Positions 25,213 to 34,346 of a stretch of 45,165 nt of DNA are shown piece after piece. Under the pieces are notes generated by a model. The model searched no databases and was not told where the DNA came from. It worked only from the letters and a program-made list of their open reading frames with translations. Source of the DNA: an uncultured archaeon (GTDB lineage Archaea; Asgardarchaeota; Thorarchaeia; Thorarchaeales; Thorarchaeaceae). The stretch lies in the NCBI GenBank assembly GCA_964564335.1, contig CAZMBV010000001.1, forward strand, positions 1 to 45,165. Reading direction: 5' to 3'. The translations under genes were made by a program, and so were the position numbers. Numbering within the stretch: the stretch's first letter is position 1; the number at the start of each line of letters is the position of its first letter.

Positions 25213-28200
25213 CTAAGAAGATGCTACTTGCTTTTTATGAGCTGCAATAAGTCCTAATATTTCTGCATTGATCTGCTCTGTTGTAAAGTGCCTCCTCTTT
25301 GCTGCTCCAGTAGGGCAAACAACTTGGCATTTCCCGCAACCCGTACAGAGTAGTGAATTAACTACTGAAAGTTGTGGTCCATCTTCACGGTCCTCAAGTG
25401 TGATGGCATCAAACGGACACACTTGCTCGCAAAGGCCGCATCCGATACACAACTCCTCATCAATAATAGCTTTATCCATTTGGACTCGAACCTGACCTTT
25501 GAGTACATGTGATGATGCTGCACTTGCAGCTGCTTTTCCATCAGAAACACAAGATGGAATATCCTTCGGGCTCTGACATGCACCTGCTATGAAGACTCCT
25601 CTAGATTTAGTGTTAACCGGTTCAAGTTTCGGATGAAGCTCTTTCATAAAGCCACCCTCACTCCTGTCGACTCCAAGCATGTGTGCTAGTTCAGCAGCTC
25701 CTTCCGCAGGATCAACAGCCATTGTTAGGACAACAAGATCAAAGTTCAGGCGTAAGAGTTGTCCGATTCCTTGATCAAAGACTGTGAAACTGATAGTTCC
25801 ATCTTCTTCTTCAGTGAAATCACTCGGGAATCCGCGTACGAATTTAGCACCATGTTCTCTCACACGACCGTAGAACTGCTCATACTCTTTTCCTCCAGCT
25901 CTAAGTTCATGGAATATGACCCACTGATCGATTGAGTCATTGTACTCTCGATAAGTCATTTCGACATGACGGAGTGTATACATACAACCGAAATTACAGC
26001 ACCAAGGTCTGCAGTTTTGGTCACGAGACCCTGCACAGTTGATGAACGCAATCTTCTTCGGAGTTTCTTTATATTCTGGAGGAATCAGAACCTTTCCTGC
26101 GGTTGGGCCAACAAGGCTCAATAGACGCCCATATTGCCCTCCAGTGATAACTCGCTTGAATTTTCCGCCACCATATTCAGGAAGCTCTGTCATGCTAATC
26201 TCCTGGAAACCAGTGGCTGCGACAATTGCACCAACTGTAAGCTCGATTTCTTCTTCGACCATACAATGGTCTATAGCATCTTTCTCACAAGCTTCAACGC
26301 ATAATTTGCATTCACAGCAGATAGCACAATTAAGGCATCGCTCTGCTTCCTTAACTGCAATCTTTTCAGAGAATCCAAGTTCCACCTCTTCAAAATTCGC
26401 AGCTCTGGTTTTTGCAGGTAATGTCTTCATTTTTGCACGGGTTCCACCAGGAAGTTCATCCTGTTCAAGTTCAGGTCGTGGAGCTCTAGGTTGCGCCTTT
26501 GGTCTGGTTTCTATCAGATCAAGACCACGAAGGAATAGATCGATAGACTTTGCTGCTTCGTGTCCTGCACCAACAGCTTCTACTGCAAGAGCTGGACCTG
26601 TGACTAGGTCTCCTCCTGCAAATACGTCTTCCATACTTGTCTGCATTGTCACTGAATCTACGATTGGAGTACCCCATCTGGATAACTCGAGTTCTGAGTG
26701 AGGCCCATCTGGATGAACAGACTGTCCAATAGCAATTATGACATTGTCAACATCTAAATCGAATTCAGAACCAGTAATCGGTACTGGACGCCGTCTTCCA
26801 GATTCATCTGGGTCTCCTAGTTTCATCTTGATGCATCTGATTCCAGAGATTGCACCGCCAGAAACAAGCACCTCCACAGGATTTGCGAGCAGTTTTAGCT
26901 TCACGCCTTCTTTCACTGCATCATCAACTTCACTCCTGATCGCAGGCATCTCCTCTCTGGACCTTCGATAAACGAGGGTAACATCAGATCCAAGACGAAG
27001 TGCGACTCGAGCTGAGTCTATTGCAGAATTTCCTCCACCTATCACAGCGACCTTGCTTCCAAGCTGTACTTTTTCTCCCCCATTCACACGATAGAGGAAA
27101 TCAAGGGCATGATAGACACCTTTCGCATCTTCACCGTTCACATGCAGCTTTGAACTTACATAGGCTCCTGTTCCAAGAAAGATTGCATCAAATCCTTGTT
27201 TTCTGAGTGAATCTAGAGAATCAACTCTCTTTCCTGTGATTATCTCAACACCATGCTGCTTTACGTAGTCAATCTCCGACTTCAGGATATCGCGTGGTAG
27301 ACGATGCTCTGGAATACCCCACCTCAGTAATCCTCCTGCCTCTTCACGTTCTTCAAATACCGTGACGGGATAACCTTTCTGGGCAAGGTAAAATGCGCAC
27401 GCTATTCCCGCGGGTCCTGCACCAACTACAGCTATCTTCTCCTTCTTGTCTATTACATTATCAACAGGATCTATCTCTCCTGATTCGAGCTCACGATCAT
27501 GTAGCCACCTGTGAATGTTCCTAATACTCACGCTCTCGTCGTAAGTGCCTCTTTCACATTCGTCTTCACAAAGTGCTGGGCAAACGCGACCTAATGCACC
27601 AGGAAATGGAATTGCTTCTCTGACCAATTTGAGTGCTTCATCGTACTTGCCAACTTTAGTAAGCGTAACGAATCCCTGACAGCTAACATGAGCTGGACAT
27701 GAAATCTTACATGCTGCATGACCAAGTTTCTCTATTGATACGGCACCAGGTACTGCCTGTGGAAATGGTTTGTAGATAGCTGTCCTTTTTGACATTCCAA
27801 GATCGTGATGTTTTGGTGTAAGAACTGGACATACTTTCAGACAATCTCCACAATCATTGCATTTCTCAAGATCAATATACCGCGGGTGTTTGGCAAGAGT
27901 GACTTTGAAATTGCCATAGTCTCTCTCAACCTCTTTAACCTCAGTGGTTGTATAGATATCGATGTTCTTATTCCTATCAATTGCACTTAACTTGGGAGAC
28001 AAAATACACATTGAACAGTCTAGTGTTGGGAATGTTTTTTCCAATTTTGCCATATATCCACCGATTGATACATTACGTTCAATCAAATCCACATGGATAC
28101 CTTTGTCAGCTAGATCAAGAGCAGTCTGGATGCCGGAAATTCCCGCTCCTACGACCATGACACTCTTTTCAACTGGATAGTCTTTGAATCCAATATCTTC

Positions 28201-28617
28201 AAGGAGTTTAGCTCGCTCGACTGCTCCTGCGATGAGTTCGTAAGCTAATTTCTGAGCCTTCTCGGGCTTATCTCCATGTACCCATGTATCGTGTTCTCGG
28301 ATATTAGCTTGCGCTAACCTGAATCTATTGAGACCCTTCTCTTCGATTATGTCACGGAATAGCTCTTCATGTAATTTTGGAGTACAGGAAGCAATCACCA
28401 CACCCGTAAGATCATTTTCTTCTATGCTTTGTGCAATTCTTGATTGCCCTTCCTTTGAGCAAGTGAACATGTTCCATGTTGCAAGAACAACACCAGGATA
28501 ATTATCAAAATCATGGGCAAGCTTATCGACATCTACGACGCCACCAATGTTTGAACCACATGAACAAACAAAGACACCAATGCGATCCTCTTGCTTTTTA
28601 CTACGCTTCTTTGACAT
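25213..28617 (-). CDS. Giant HdrA homologue with nested GltD/NfnB-like NAD(P)H module (HdrL-like)
   Basis: HdrA landmarks: VCSCGSN, GAGISG, FPTLDCSMC, CNDCGDCLKVCP, AIYKPFPQAVP, NCAGSRDQNCRPWCC, CIGCGLCEQVCP and CTGCGKCQVVCP. The internal GltD/NfnB-like block carries GRVCPALCEDECERG, GAGPAGIACA, AGGLLRWGIPEHRLP, VIGGGNSAIDSAR and FAGGD. Confidence 0.8.
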   Translation of the reverse strand: MSKKRSKKQEDRIGVFVCSCGSNIGGVVDVDKLAHDFDNYPGVVLATWNMFTCSKEGQSRIAQSIEENDLTGVVIASCTPKLHEELFRDIIEEKGLNRFRLAQANIREHDTWVHGDKPEKAQKLAYELIAGAVERAKLLEDIGFKDYPVEKSVMVVGAGISGIQTALDLADKGIHVDLIERNVSIGGYMAKLEKTFPTLDCSMCILSPKLSAIDRNKNIDIYTTTEVKEVERDYGNFKVTLAKHPRYIDLEKCNDCGDCLKVCPVLTPKHHDLGMSKRTAIYKPFPQAVPGAVSIEKLGHAACKISCPAHVSCQGFVTLTKVGKYDEALKLVREAIPFPGALGRVCPALCEDECERGTYDESVSIRNIHRWLHDRELESGEIDPVDNVIDKKEKIAVVGAGPAGIACAFYLAQKGYPVTVFEEREEAGGLLRWGIPEHRLPRDILKSEIDYVKQHGVEIITGKRVDSLDSLRKQGFDAIFLGTGAYVSSKLHVNGEDAKGVYHALDFLYRVNGGEKVQLGSKVAVIGGGNSAIDSARVALRLGSDVTLVYRRSREEMPAIRSEVDDAVKEGVKLKLLANPVEVLVSGGAISGIRCIKMKLGDPDESGRRRPVPITGSEFDLDVDNVIIAIGQSVHPDGPHSELELSRWGTPIVDSVTMQTSMEDVFAGGDLVTGPALAVEAVGAGHEAAKSIDLFLRGLDLIETRPKAQPRAPRPELEQDELPGGTRAKMKTLPAKTRAANFEEVELGFSEKIAVKEAERCLNCAICCECKLCVEACEKDAIDHCMVEEEIELTVGAIVAATGFQEISMTELPEYGGGKFKRVITGGQYGRLLSLVGPTAGKVLIPPEYKETPKKIAFINCAGSRDQNCRPWCCNFGCMYTLRHVEMTYREYNDSIDQWVIFHELRAGGKEYEQFYGRVREHGAKFVRGFPSDFTEEEDGTISFTVFDQGIGQLLRLNFDLVVLTMAVDPAEGAAELAHMLGVDRSEGGFMKELHPKLEPVNTKSRGVFIAGACQSPKDIPSCVSDGKAAASAASSHVLKGQVRVQMDKAIIDEELCIGCGLCEQVCPFDAITLEDREDGPQLSVVNSLLCTGCGKCQVVCPTGAAKRRHFTTEQINAEILGLIAAHKKQVASS

Positions 28618-29544
28618 CTATTCTTGCACCTCCGTTTTCACATTAATTGGACTAGGTCCAAGTTTGCGAATTTGCTCAGTGAAATCCTCTACAATTTTTG
28701 CAAATTTGACGCCCATTGCAGCGGATGCAAAGTCGATATTGAGTCGACCACCTAAACCAATCTCTTCGAAAATTTCCGACCAGAATTTCACAAAATCTTC
28801 TTGCATAAAATTACCAGCCTTGGGGCTATCACCACCATAATGACATTCTGACAATAAGCAACCTGTGACCAGTACCCCATCAGCTCCATTTTCCAGAGCT
28901 GTCATAATATGGATTGGTTCAAGTGCTCCACTACATGGAAGTCGAATTGTTCGGATTGATACAGGGTAATGTAAATGCATCAGACCTGCAAGATCTGCGG
29001 CTGCATGTGAACACTCCCAGCAAACAAAACAGATGATGAATGGTTCCCACTCTTTCGATGTGGGTTTTGGTGGAAACGCTTCGATAGGTCCGATTATCTC
29101 AGGAAGCTTGTAGGTCTTCTGTAATGTGAGACAATCCTCTGGACATGCCTCAATGCATTTTTCGCAAGCAATGCACTGCTCTGCACTCCACAATATTGAC
29201 CCATAACCTGGAAGTCCTTGAGGCACTGAAATAGCTTGAACATCACCGGAATCGTAATCGCCTTTGAGATTCTGCAACAGTGTTACTAGTTCTTCTCTGT
29301 TCTTTGATCTGAAACCCTCTTGGGGTATTGTTACTCGCAAGTAATCATGCATATTCAGAGTTTCATCTATATCTAATGCACCAGGTTCACATGCAACTAT
29401 ACATTTCTTACACGCACTGCAAGTCTGCGCTTTGTATTCAATAGTTCCAAACCCTACGACTTTTTCTGGAACCTCCACCTCATTTGTAGGAGTCTTCACT
29501 GCAATCGATCGAAGTGCTTCTAGAAGTTTGATTCGCTTATCCAC
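28618..29544 (-). CDS. 2x[4Fe-4S] ferredoxin fused to MvhD (FlpD) domain
   Basis: CSACKKCIVACEP and CIACEKCIEACPEDC, followed by an MvhD-like block FVCWECSHAAADLAG ... IRLPCSGALEP ... GADGVLVTGCLLSECHY. The track start is TTG at 29553; the GTG at 29544 sits 9 nt after gaggagg and overlaps the upstream stop. Confidence 0.75.
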   Translation of the reverse strand: MDKRIKLLEALRSIAVKTPTNEVEVPEKVVGFGTIEYKAQTCSACKKCIVACEPGALDIDETLNMHDYLRVTIPQEGFRSKNREELVTLLQNLKGDYDSGDVQAISVPQGLPGYGSILWSAEQCIACEKCIEACPEDCLTLQKTYKLPEIIGPIEAFPPKPTSKEWEPFIICFVCWECSHAAADLAGLMHLHYPVSIRTIRLPCSGALEPIHIMTALENGADGVLVTGCLLSECHYGGDSPKAGNFMQEDFVKFWSEIFEEIGLGGRLNIDFASAAMGVKFAKIVEDFTEQIRKLGPSPINVKTEVQE

Positions 29545-31492
29545 GGTGGGCAACCTCCTCTTGCATCTTATTTGGTAACGCTGCTATCATGTATGTTGCC
29601 TTTACACGACTTGGATCTTGACCTATACTTGTCAGCATGTCCTGTGTAAATTGGACAACCAGCTCCGATAGGTGATCTCCAGTCTGATGATGGCAACCAC
29701 CAGGTGGGCAATGAGCTATAGTGATATTCTCAGCTCCCACTACCAAGCCTTTCAAAATTTCAATTGGTGATATCATTCCAGCACAGGGAAATTGAATAAC
29801 GTAATTACCTGTTGGATATCCTTTACCCGTAAATCCCGCTTGATCGATTGATGCATTTGCACACTCGCTACAAGCGTAGACTAGTGAGAAAGGTTTGTCA
29901 CCTTCTAGTTTCTTATGATTCATTGCAATTGCTTCGAGTCTTGCCATCCAGGAATCCTTGTTATGCGATTGGAATTCAATAGCACGCGTAGGACATGCTG
30001 ATACACAAATTCCACAGAATTCACAATTCATTGGTATGTGTTTGATGAGGTCTCCATCACGTCTTAATGCATCATTCGGGCACGTCTTAACACATGCCTC
30101 ACAAACATCGCACAGTTCCTCATCGATTACGGGAATCCACCCTTTACGCTCACCTTCTGCGACTGCATTCTTCAACACTTCAAGTGAAGCGTTTGAAGCC
30201 GATGCCAATGCATCATTTAGATTCATTGGGGTCTTTGCATTGCCTGCAATAAAGATGCCTCTCTTTGAGGTTTGGACTGGTTTCATCTTCGAATATCGAG
30301 TCTTAATGAATCCATTTTGGTCCAACTCCAAGTCAAGTGTGCTGGCAAGGTTTCTTGTGCCAGACCAAGGTTTACGTTCTGGCTGCAGGACAATGTAATC
30401 TACTGTAAATTCTCGTATCTGTGACTCTAGTGTATTTTCGAGTCTACAAACAAGTTGGTCTTTCTTTTTGTCAACTTTCTCAAGAGTTCCTCTTACAAAT
30501 ATGACTCCTGATTCCCTTGCTTTTCGATAGAGATTCTCGTCCTTTGTGTAAATATTGAAGTGTGCAACAATGATAGTATTTCCTTTCTCTGCAGCCTGAG
30601 TTACTTCTCGAAGGAGATAACTTCCCTCGGCGTCACTTTCGTGATATGATGGATCTTGCGCTACAAGAATAGTCTTACCAGATTGATTTGATGTCAGAGT
30701 TGCCAACTCTGAAATAAATACAGTGTTGTCATACTTGCCATAGTGGGCGGTCTTTGCAAGAGATGGCGCAGATTGCTCTGTATTTGTAGCTATGACTATC
30801 GCACCTACAAGCATATCTTTCTCTTTTCCATCTTCAAGTTTCACATCAACAGAATAAAGTCCAGCCCTCCCACTAAGGCTTGTAATTGTTCCATTGAGTT
30901 TCTCAGCATCCTTAGAGGTTGAGAGTAATCCTTTGATAGTTTCTTTCAGGATTTCACTCTCAGCCATGAATTGGTTCAAACCTACATAGGAGTCTTTATT
31001 GAACTCTGGAGGTTCGAGCAAAATCACAGGAATACCAAGCTGAACCAAGTCACTAGCAACTTTCAAGCCAGCAATTCCTCCTCCAACAACTAAGACTTTC
31101 TTTTCAATCTCAAGGTCTACTGCTGTCTTTGGTTCTAGGTGATCGACATGAATTGCACCATCATGGAGAAGTACTATCGCCTTGTTTGTGGCACTATTCT
31201 TATCATCTTTATGAACCCACGCAACATGTTCTCGAATTGGTACAAACAATACCTGTTCACTCTTGAGTCGCCTCTCCATGGGTACTCCAATTATTTGAGA
31301 GGTACAGGCACCAATAACAACTGCATCGTCGTTCGATACTTCAGAGTCTAGATAATCTAACCCTTCTTTCAGACATAAAGAATCATGGACCTGAACCGAT
31401 TCGAAAGTATTACCAAGTTCCTTTTCAATTCGTGCAAAGTCTAGCCACCTGGTGAGCGTCTTATTGCATGTACATAGGAAGAGTTTCTTCAT
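29537..31492 (-). CDS. Degenerate HdrA-like flavoprotein fused to ferredoxin and MvhD domains
   Basis: HdrA-type N-terminal Cys domain (LCTCNKT ... GACTS) and a GGGIAGL fold. These are followed by CDVCEACVKTCP / CEFCGICVSACP and an MvhD-like block YACSECANASIDQAG ... FPCAGMISP ... AHCPPGGCHH. The start forms an ATGA overlap with the upstream hdrA. Confidence 0.75.
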   Translation of the reverse strand: MKKLFLCTCNKTLTRWLDFARIEKELGNTFESVQVHDSLCLKEGLDYLDSEVSNDDAVVIGACTSQIIGVPMERRLKSEQVLFVPIREHVAWVHKDDKNSATNKAIVLLHDGAIHVDHLEPKTAVDLEIEKKVLVVGGGIAGLKVASDLVQLGIPVILLEPPEFNKDSYVGLNQFMAESEILKETIKGLLSTSKDAEKLNGTITSLSGRAGLYSVDVKLEDGKEKDMLVGAIVIATNTEQSAPSLAKTAHYGKYDNTVFISELATLTSNQSGKTILVAQDPSYHESDAEGSYLLREVTQAAEKGNTIIVAHFNIYTKDENLYRKARESGVIFVRGTLEKVDKKKDQLVCRLENTLESQIREFTVDYIVLQPERKPWSGTRNLASTLDLELDQNGFIKTRYSKMKPVQTSKRGIFIAGNAKTPMNLNDALASASNASLEVLKNAVAEGERKGWIPVIDEELCDVCEACVKTCPNDALRRDGDLIKHIPMNCEFCGICVSACPTRAIEFQSHNKDSWMARLEAIAMNHKKLEGDKPFSLVYACSECANASIDQAGFTGKGYPTGNYVIQFPCAGMISPIEILKGLVVGAENITIAHCPPGGCHHQTGDHLSELVVQFTQDMLTSIGQDPSRVKATYMIAALPNKMQEEVAHRG

Positions 31493-32757
31493 TTAGACAC
31501 CTCCATCAAATCAGAGTATACTCTGAGTGCAACAGCATTAGCTTCTGCAATACTGGTTGGAATATCAGCAGGTCCCGTCGCTGTTCCACATGCGTAGACC
31601 TTTCCTTCCTTTACAACTCTTCGAGCGAATCCGTATTCACCTAAAAATTCAGAAACGGGATCACTATTTGGTCCCCATGGAGCCAGAGGTGATGCAAGAA
31701 CAACGAGGTCAGATTCTATCTGCATGAGTTTTTGAGATTGAGTATCTTCGACAATTGTGACTGGTTTGCCGTTGCGAACTACAACTTTATCCGGCTTGCC
31801 TCGCAAGAATTTGACTCCTTTCTCAATTGAGTTAGCCAGATAATGCACACTAGCGTTTGGGACTCGTATATCCATATAACAGATCGTTACGTCGATGCCA
31901 AGATCTCGTAACATCTCTGCGTGCTTCAAGCTATATGTACAACATGCCTGAGAGCAGTACTCGAAAGCAGTCTTATCCCTACTACCGACGCAAAGAATCA
32001 TAGTCACCTTAGATACGTTATCTCCTGTAGAGGTGGTGACTACACCTTTTGTATCTCCAGCTGGATCAATCAATCTTGCTAATTCAGCATGGGATATTAT
32101 ATCGTCTGATGTCCTGTATTCGTAACCAGGAAATTCGAGTGGAATCTTCTCTTCAACGCCTGTCGCTATAATAACTGCATCAGCGTTGATTGTTTTTGAA
32201 CTCTTCTTCTCTTCGAAGTCTATGGCATTGACCTTGCAGACATCTGCACACTTTCCACATTTCGTACAATGCTCCATATCTATTAGAGGAGCATGAGGTA
32301 CTCCTTGAGGAATTGGCCGATAGATAGCTTTCCGTGTTCCTCCACGAACGGCATATTCATCTGGTACTTCTACATCACAGACATCAATGCATTCAAGACA
32401 CACTACACAGCGGTCAAGTTTGACATGGCGTGGCTCCAATTTGATTGAAACCTTGAATCCACCTTCTGCTTCGGTGATTGACTTGACCTCAGCTTGCGTA
32501 TACAACTTGAGATTCTTCTTTTCAGTCACTAAACCACGATACTCACATTTTCTGTGATGTCCATCGTACATCTCATTACTAGCATCAAGACATAATGCAC
32601 AATCGCCGGTTGGAAAGACACGACCTAGATAGGTTGAGAGTCCACCGATGATAGCTTCTTTTTCAATCAAATGAACTGTAACTCCAAGATCGGTTAATTG
32701 TTGAGATATTTGGATTCCAGCCAGTCCCGCACCAATAACAACTGCGTTCTTTGCCAT
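31489..32757 (-). CDS. hdrA: Heterodisulfide reductase subunit A-like core (lacks the N-terminal Cys domain)
   Basis: GAGLAGIQ FAD fold, FPTGDCALC, inserted ferredoxin CVVCLECIDVC / CTKCGKCADVC, and LCVGSRDKTAFEYCSQACC. Confidence 0.8.
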   Translation of the reverse strand: MAKNAVVIGAGLAGIQISQQLTDLGVTVHLIEKEAIIGGLSTYLGRVFPTGDCALCLDASNEMYDGHHRKCEYRGLVTEKKNLKLYTQAEVKSITEAEGGFKVSIKLEPRHVKLDRCVVCLECIDVCDVEVPDEYAVRGGTRKAIYRPIPQGVPHAPLIDMEHCTKCGKCADVCKVNAIDFEEKKSSKTINADAVIIATGVEEKIPLEFPGYEYRTSDDIISHAELARLIDPAGDTKGVVTTSTGDNVSKVTMILCVGSRDKTAFEYCSQACCTYSLKHAEMLRDLGIDVTICYMDIRVPNASVHYLANSIEKGVKFLRGKPDKVVVRNGKPVTIVEDTQSQKLMQIESDLVVLASPLAPWGPNSDPVSEFLGEYGFARRVVKEGKVYACGTATGPADIPTSIAEANAVALRVYSDLMEVSK

Positions 32758-32759
32758 TC

Positions 32760-33665
32760 TTATGCACCTCCAACTCCAGCCTTTACCAGTAGCTCCGTGA
32801 TTTTGACTCGATGGTATCTCCTCTGATTATCAGTGACAATCTCAGTCAAACCCATTGAAAGAGCTAACAATTCTCCTAGGGATAATACTGGAATATTGAA
32901 CTCAGTTTCAGCAATTGCTTCAACTTTCCCTTGCTGTGTTTCCATTTGGGTATAACATGTTGGACAGAGTACTACGATAGCATCTGCGCCTGAGGCTTTG
33001 ATATGCTTCAGATGCTTTGATGTAATTGTCAATGCCTTTTGCTCATCTCCAGGCATAATAGGAGCACCACAACACGCCATCTTATCTTCGAATTCTGCAA
33101 CCTCTGCCCCGGTCGCTTTGATGATTTCATCCATCCATTGTGGGTTTTCTGCGCTATCCATATTTGTTGCTTCCAATGGTCTTACAAGATGGCATCCATA
33201 GTGCGGTGCAATCTTTAATTGCTTCAGAGGATTTGTTACCTGCTTCGCAATAGCTTCTATTCCTATATCGTTGTGAAGTACATGAAGCAGGTTCTTGACA
33301 GCATGCTCTCCAGAAACTTCAAGTCCTGACTTTTTGAGCCGTTTATTGATCCTCTCTTTTAGTTCTGGATCTTCATGGACCATATGATTCGCTACTGCGA
33401 GGGTATGGAAGCATCCGCTACACATTGCTACTGTTTCATTCCCAGTAGCTTCACTCACTGCAACATTTCTTGCTGCTATTGTGACCCAGGCTTCAAAGTC
33501 AACTCCAGTGAAAGTAGTAGGTTCTGGGCAGCATGAATGATCCGAACTTGTTTCTAATTCAACTTCTAGTTTCTTGAGAACCTCTCGCATTGACAATTCG
33601 AAATGTGGTAGTCGGTAAGGTATCATGCAACCTGGAAAGTAAGTGTAAGTTCGAGCTTTACTCAT
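32760..33665 (-). CDS. hdrB: Heterodisulfide reductase subunit B-like (two CCG-type Cys-rich domains)
   Basis: First domain: YFPGC...SCCPEP...MCSGC. Second domain: HYGCH...MACCGAP...LCPTC. The track start is 33692; the ATG at 33665 follows ggaggt by 6 nt and overlaps the hdrC stop (ATGAGTAA). Confidence 0.8.
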   Translation of the reverse strand: MSKARTYTYFPGCMIPYRLPHFELSMREVLKKLEVELETSSDHSCCPEPTTFTGVDFEAWVTIAARNVAVSEATGNETVAMCSGCFHTLAVANHMVHEDPELKERINKRLKKSGLEVSGEHAVKNLLHVLHNDIGIEAIAKQVTNPLKQLKIAPHYGCHLVRPLEATNMDSAENPQWMDEIIKATGAEVAEFEDKMACCGAPIMPGDEQKALTITSKHLKHIKASGADAIVVLCPTCYTQMETQQGKVEAIAETEFNIPVLSLGELLALSMGLTEIVTDNQRRYHRVKITELLVKAGVGGA

Positions 33666-34179
33666 CTTTGGAACCTCCATAGACTGATTCAACTTTTTCT
33701 AAATTTCCAACAATTCCAATATCTGCAAGCATCTCGACAATCTTCTCCATAGGTGGCGTTCCAAGGTCTGGGAGTCCCATCTTCTCACGAGTCTTGAGCA
33801 TTGGTGAGCTTACCTCTAGGCTTCTGCCAATCGATAGGATATTTCTTGCACGATCAAGAGCCGCAGGAGGTACATTTCCTTTCATTAGCCCTCGAACTTT
33901 AGCTAGGATGAGGATATGTGGTATTTTCACATGTTCAGGGCACCGTACCTCACATTGTTCGCATGTAAGGCAATTCCAAACCAGTTGCTCCTCTGCTATC
34001 AATTCATCACTGAGTATTATTTTCTGCAAAAATAATCTAGGATTGAATGCGGGTTCGATATCTGCGACAGGACAGGCACTAGTGCATCGTCCACATTGAT
34101 AACATCTCAGCAGAGTCTTACCCTCTGGTTGATCTAGAAGCCAATTTCTGAAGTTCAGATTTGTATCGTTTGTAACCAT
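33658..34179 (-). CDS. hdrC: Heterodisulfide reductase subunit C-like (2x[4Fe-4S])
   Basis: CYQCGRCTSACPV and CLTCEQCEVRCPEHV. The gene is 173 aa and is the first gene of the operon. Confidence 0.8.
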   Translation of the reverse strand: MVTNDTNLNFRNWLLDQPEGKTLLRCYQCGRCTSACPVADIEPAFNPRLFLQKIILSDELIAEEQLVWNCLTCEQCEVRCPEHVKIPHILILAKVRGLMKGNVPPAALDRARNILSIGRSLEVSSPMLKTREKMGLPDLGTPPMEKIVEMLADIGIVGNLEKVESVYGGSKDE

Positions 34180-34346
34180 TTTAGTTACGACCCATTGGTT
34201 CTCTTCTATTGGGCTGGTAAAAAGGTCAATTTTAAGGCATCGCCCTATACGTAATTTTCCTTAACAATTGCTTATTGAAATGTGGATTGCTGGGGAACTA
34301 TGATGTAAGTTTAATTAGATTGGTTGATGAAGTATATCTGAGGATT

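Noticed and set aside
26039-26701. 220-aa plus-strand ORF, and similar ORFs at 29958-30398, 27000-27206 and 25268-25495, inside the hdr genes
   Set aside because: They lie fully antisense to long, motif-rich CDSs and have a low-complexity Ser/Pro/Ala-rich composition. Their length is explained by locally higher GC, which yields fewer stop codons.
28618-31492. Inferring an Mvh hydrogenase from the two MvhD domains
   Set aside because: No MvhA/MvhG-like (NiFe large/small subunit) motifs occur anywhere in the window. MvhD-like domains also occur in hydrogenase-independent Hdr/Flx-type complexes.
25213-32757. Selenocysteine (in-frame TGA) in the HdrA homologues, as occurs in some HdrA proteins
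   Set aside because: All three HdrA-like ORFs are continuous, with Cys at the expected motif positions. No in-frame stop needs recoding.
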